Part shown: positions 25,987 to 28,338 of the stretch, one piece after another
How the letters are laid out: each line of letters opens with the position of its first letter
How positions within the stretch are numbered: the first letter of the stretch is position 1
Assembly: GCA_003650865.1 (NCBI GenBank)
Contig: QMSN01000001.1
Coordinates: 1 to 28,338, forward strand
Length of the DNA: 28,338 nucleotides
Reading direction: 5' to 3'
DNA from: Thermoprotei archaeon
GTDB lineage: Archaea > Thermoproteota > Methanomethylicia > Nezhaarchaeales > WYZ-LMO8
The notes under the pieces: model-generated
Seen by the model: only the letters and a program-made list of their open reading frames with translations
Database searches by the model: none
What the model was told of the DNA's origin: nothing
Position numbers and translations under genes: made by a program

Positions 25987-26982
25987 ATGGAAGCTGGGCC
26001 CCTAATGGTGCTTGCACACGGCGATAGGCCTTGAGCCCGCCAGTCTGACGGTGTGTGCTCAGCTTCAATTGTGAAGCGGGTATTCGGCGAAGTCGAGTTG
26101 AAGTTCACTCAGCCTTCTAGGCTTCACAGGGATCTCGAGGCGTTGGCTTCAAGCCAGAAGCTCCACGCGAGCTCTCTCCTAATAGTTGATTTAGCCATCA
26201 ACGTCGATGTTGCCGAGCGCTTCGCCTCAGCCGTAAGACACCTCATGCAGAGGGGTGTTAAAATGGTGTATGTAGACCACCACCCCCCACCGGCTGGCAT
26301 TGAAATCCTCGGCTTTGCTGATGAGGTCATCGTGAATACTCGTGCCTCATGTTCTGAGCTCATATACCACCTATTCGCTGAAGGCGACGGCCACTCAGCT
26401 CTTTTAGCTGCTTATGGGGCTATAGCCGACTCATTCGACGACACAGAGTTCGTCAAGAGCCAGATGCTCAAGTGGGGTAAGGGAATCCTATACTTCGAGT
26501 CTGAGATGCTTAGCCTGGCGTTATTAGGCATGAAGGCAGTTGAGCTCACATCAGTAGCTGATGAGCTAGCGAGAGGCTTAAGGGTTGGACGCATAGACTT
26601 GGTGGTCACCAGGGCTATTAGGAACTTGAGGCTCGACTACGAGGTTCAGCGATACGTCGAGGAGAACGCTGTAATCGAGGGGCCCATAGCTCTAATCGAG
26701 GAGGTCCCTCAAAGAGGGTTTGCGGGTAGAGCTGCCAGCTACGCCTTATCACTAATCACTGGAGACGTGGGTATAGGGATTGCCTCGAGGTTCAACCGCG
26801 AGTTCGTTGAGTGCTCTCTTAGAGCTAGAGGAGTGGACTTAACAAGGTTCATGCCCGAGATAATAAGGGAGGTCGGGGGATCAGGTGGAGGACACCCCTA
26901 CGCCTACGGCGTCAGGGTTTCGGCTCAAAAGTATAAAGAGTTCCTCGAACTCTTAAAGCTTAGAGCGATGACATATGCTTAA
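25987..26982 (+). CDS. DHH/DHHA1 phosphoesterase (NrnA/RecJ-like), split by an 18-nt intron; start uncertain (in-frame ATGs at 25945, 25987, 26005)
   Basis: Exon 1 ends ...VLAHGD and exon 2 begins SDGVCSA..., giving motif I HGDSDG. IVD, YVDHH and GGSGGGH motifs follow downstream. The ORF-track product (26053) lacks motif I. Confidence 0.88.
26026..26043 (+). other. BHB/BHL-type mRNA intron (18 nt) with in-frame TGA
   Basis: GGCG/CGCC 4-bp central helix, 3-nt bulges AUA and AGU, inner hairpin GGC-CUUGA-GCC, outer helix GCACAC/GUGUGC. Canonical cuts AU^A and AG^U remove exactly AGGCCUUGAGCCCGCCAG. Confidence 0.85.
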
Positions 26983-26997
26983 AGTGGTGCCCTAGAG

Positions 26998-27744
26998 ATG
27001 TTAGATGGAGTCCTCGTGGGAGCCGTCTCAGATGTCCACTCACCGAAGTTCTACGACGACTTCAAGAGAGTGCTCAACAACAGCCCCGACGTCGACCTCA
27101 TGCTTTTGGCTGGAGACATGATTTATAAGGGGAGGGTGGAGGAGTACGAGAAGGTCATAGACGCCATAGAGAGCAGGCTGAGCTGCAGAATAGTCGCGTG
27201 CTTCGGCAATGAGGAGTACGACGACAAGCTCGACGATATCATGGCCCGATACTCCAAAGTCCTCTGGCTCAACGACGAGCTGGCTGAGATAGAGCTCCCA
27301 AACCACAAGCTGGTAGTGGTGGGGACAAAGGGGTGCCTAGATAGACCGACATCGTGGCAGAGGAAGCACATACCCAACATAGCTCAGCTGTACGAGCAGA
27401 GGCTGAAGAGAATAGATGAGCTGCTGCAAGAGGCCTCCAAGAAGGGCTTCACGATACTCATATCGCACTACGCCATCACCTACAAGACGCTTGTAGGAGA
27501 ACCCAAGTGGGCTTGGCCGGAAATGGGCTCAGCTAAGCTGGAGGAAGTCATTAAGAGGAGGAAGCCGCCAGTAGCCATACACGGCCACGCACACAACGGA
27601 AAGCTATTCCACACAGTCATAGATGGAGTGCAGGTCTACAACGTCTCGTTTCCAGCCACGAGGAAGATAACCGTGATAAAGGTCCTCGAAGGAGAGATGG
27701 CGCCAACAAGGCAGGTGAGCCTAACCCACTTCCTAAAGAGGTAA
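26998..27744 (+). CDS. Calcineurin-like metallophosphoesterase (Icc-like)
   Basis: SDVH, AGD, GNEE, SHY and HGHAH motifs. Confidence 0.88.
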   Translation: MLDGVLVGAVSDVHSPKFYDDFKRVLNNSPDVDLMLLAGDMIYKGRVEEYEKVIDAIESRLSCRIVACFGNEEYDDKLDDIMARYSKVLWLNDELAEIELPNHKLVVVGTKGCLDRPTSWQRKHIPNIAQLYEQRLKRIDELLQEASKKGFTILISHYAITYKTLVGEPKWAWPEMGSAKLEEVIKRRKPPVAIHGHAHNGKLFHTVIDGVQVYNVSFPATRKITVIKVLEGEMAPTRQVSLTHFLKR

Positions 27745-27746
27745 GC

Positions 27747-27755
27747 TTAAATTAA
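27747..27755 (+). promoter_or_regulatory. TATA box of tRNA-Pro
   Basis: TTAAATTAA about 26-34 nt upstream of the mature 5' end. Confidence 0.5.
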
Positions 27756-27780
27756 CCCCTCCCTTCTCACCATCTAAGAA

Positions 27781-27856
27781 GGGGCCGTAGGCTAGCCTGG
27801 TAGACTGCGAGGCTTGGGCCCTCGTGACCCAGGTTCAAATCCTGGCGGCCCCACCA
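27781..27856 (+). tRNA. tRNA-Pro(TGG), intronless, CCA encoded
   Basis: Acceptor GGGGCCG/CGGCCCC, anticodon stem CGAGG/CCTCG with loop CT-TGG-GC, T arm CCAGG-TTCAAAT-CCTGG, ends A-CCA. Confidence 0.97.
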
Positions 27857-27953
27857 CACAATCTCGCCACTTAACTCGTGAAGTAGAGGTTTAAGTCGAC
27901 CTAGACCATCAAGAAGTAGGTTTAACAAAAAATGAGGTGGTTAGCCTCTTCAG

Positions 27954-28338
27954 CTACTTCTTCCTGAGCTTTATGGTTAGCTGGCAGTAAGGCTCAAACC
28001 TCGCTAGCCCAGGGTTAAACTCCACAAGCTCCAAGTTGGGGTTTATGGCTTCAGCAAGCCCCCTCTCAGTCTCCTTGAGTATCTCGCACATATCCTCAGG
28101 CTTCACAGTAGCGTAGGCCCACCCCTTAAGGAAAGCACAGTGAGTAAACCTGAATCTACAGGTATTCGGCGTAAGCTCCATCAGTTTAACCCCTAGAATC
28201 CTACCCTTAATGTACGGGTCTAGAAAGCGGCGCTCACACTCCCACCACGTAGTGGCATCCCTCCTCCAAGCAATCTGAGGATCAATCTCTGAAAGCAGCT
28301 GTTCACCCATCAGCTTACCCCTCTCCTTCATGAAGGCC
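27954..28338 (-). CDS. ATC-hydrolase-like / V4R-like small-ligand-binding protein; frame open to the window edge, probably 5'-truncated
   Basis: F.FT.CAF...W, MC.......G...AINP.L and YC.L.I pattern; no stop between the ATG at 28331 and the window end. Confidence 0.55.
   Translation of the reverse strand, partial: AFMKERGKLMGEQLLSEIDPQIAWRRDATTWWECERRFLDPYIKGRILGVKLMELTPNTCRFRFTHCAFLKGWAYATVKPEDMCEILKETERGLAEAINPNLELVEFNPGLARFEPYCQLTIKLRKK

Noticed and set aside
26035-26052. Interpreting the DHH gene as a pseudogene or as starting at GTG 26053
   Set aside because: The stop lies inside an exact BHB-excisable 18-mer, and the rest of the gene is intact. A 26053 start would lose catalytic motif I.
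1810-27380. Numerous short antisense or overlapping ORFs in the track (e.g. 3157-3525, 8846-9301, 24324-24761)
   Set aside because: They are shadow frames of well-supported genes, with Ser/Leu/Thr-rich composition and no motifs.
27790-27806. C-A mismatch in the tRNA-Pro D stem as a sign of editing or a pseudo-tRNA
   Set aside because: Weak D stems with a single mismatch are common in tRNA-Pro; all other arms and the CCA are perfect.
1-28338. Mobile elements, CRISPR arrays, integrase next to tRNA-Pro
   Set aside because: No transposase or integrase ORF, terminal repeats, spaced direct repeats or duplicated tRNA 3' end were seen within the window.

Overview
Housekeeping region of a GC-moderate archaeal chromosome. 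The TACK/Thermoproteota assignment is inferred from rps30e and the gar1-tfb-TFEbeta(RPC34-like)-trm1 cluster. The methanogen-type SerRS suggests a Nezhaarchaeales/Methanomethylicia-like lineage, which I cannot confirm. Genes cover translation, RNA modification, transcription and cofactor or nucleotide synthesis: glmS (partial), CYTH protein, thiC, Sm, mat, DUF460, rio2, dph6, gatE/gatD, rps30e, pyrK/pyrD, nop5, fibrillarin, trm1, rlmE, tfb, gar1, srp19, rps8e, hypE, pepQ, serS, a DHH phosphoesterase, a metallophosphoesterase and tRNA-Pro(TGG). No mobile elements or CRISPR arrays were seen. The main discovery is two apparent bulge-helix-bulge (BHB) introns inside protein-coding genes. The first is an 18-nt, stop-containing intron (26026-26043) that splits the catalytic HGD^SDG motif of the DHH gene. 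The second is a 60-nt in-frame canonical BHB element (12035-12094) near the 5' end of gatD. Three further elements are absent from the ORF track: a C/D-box guide sRNA (25853-25915) whose D guide predicts 2'-O-methylation of 16S rRNA C1402, a 44-aa four-Cys small protein with its own promoter and SD, and rps30e.
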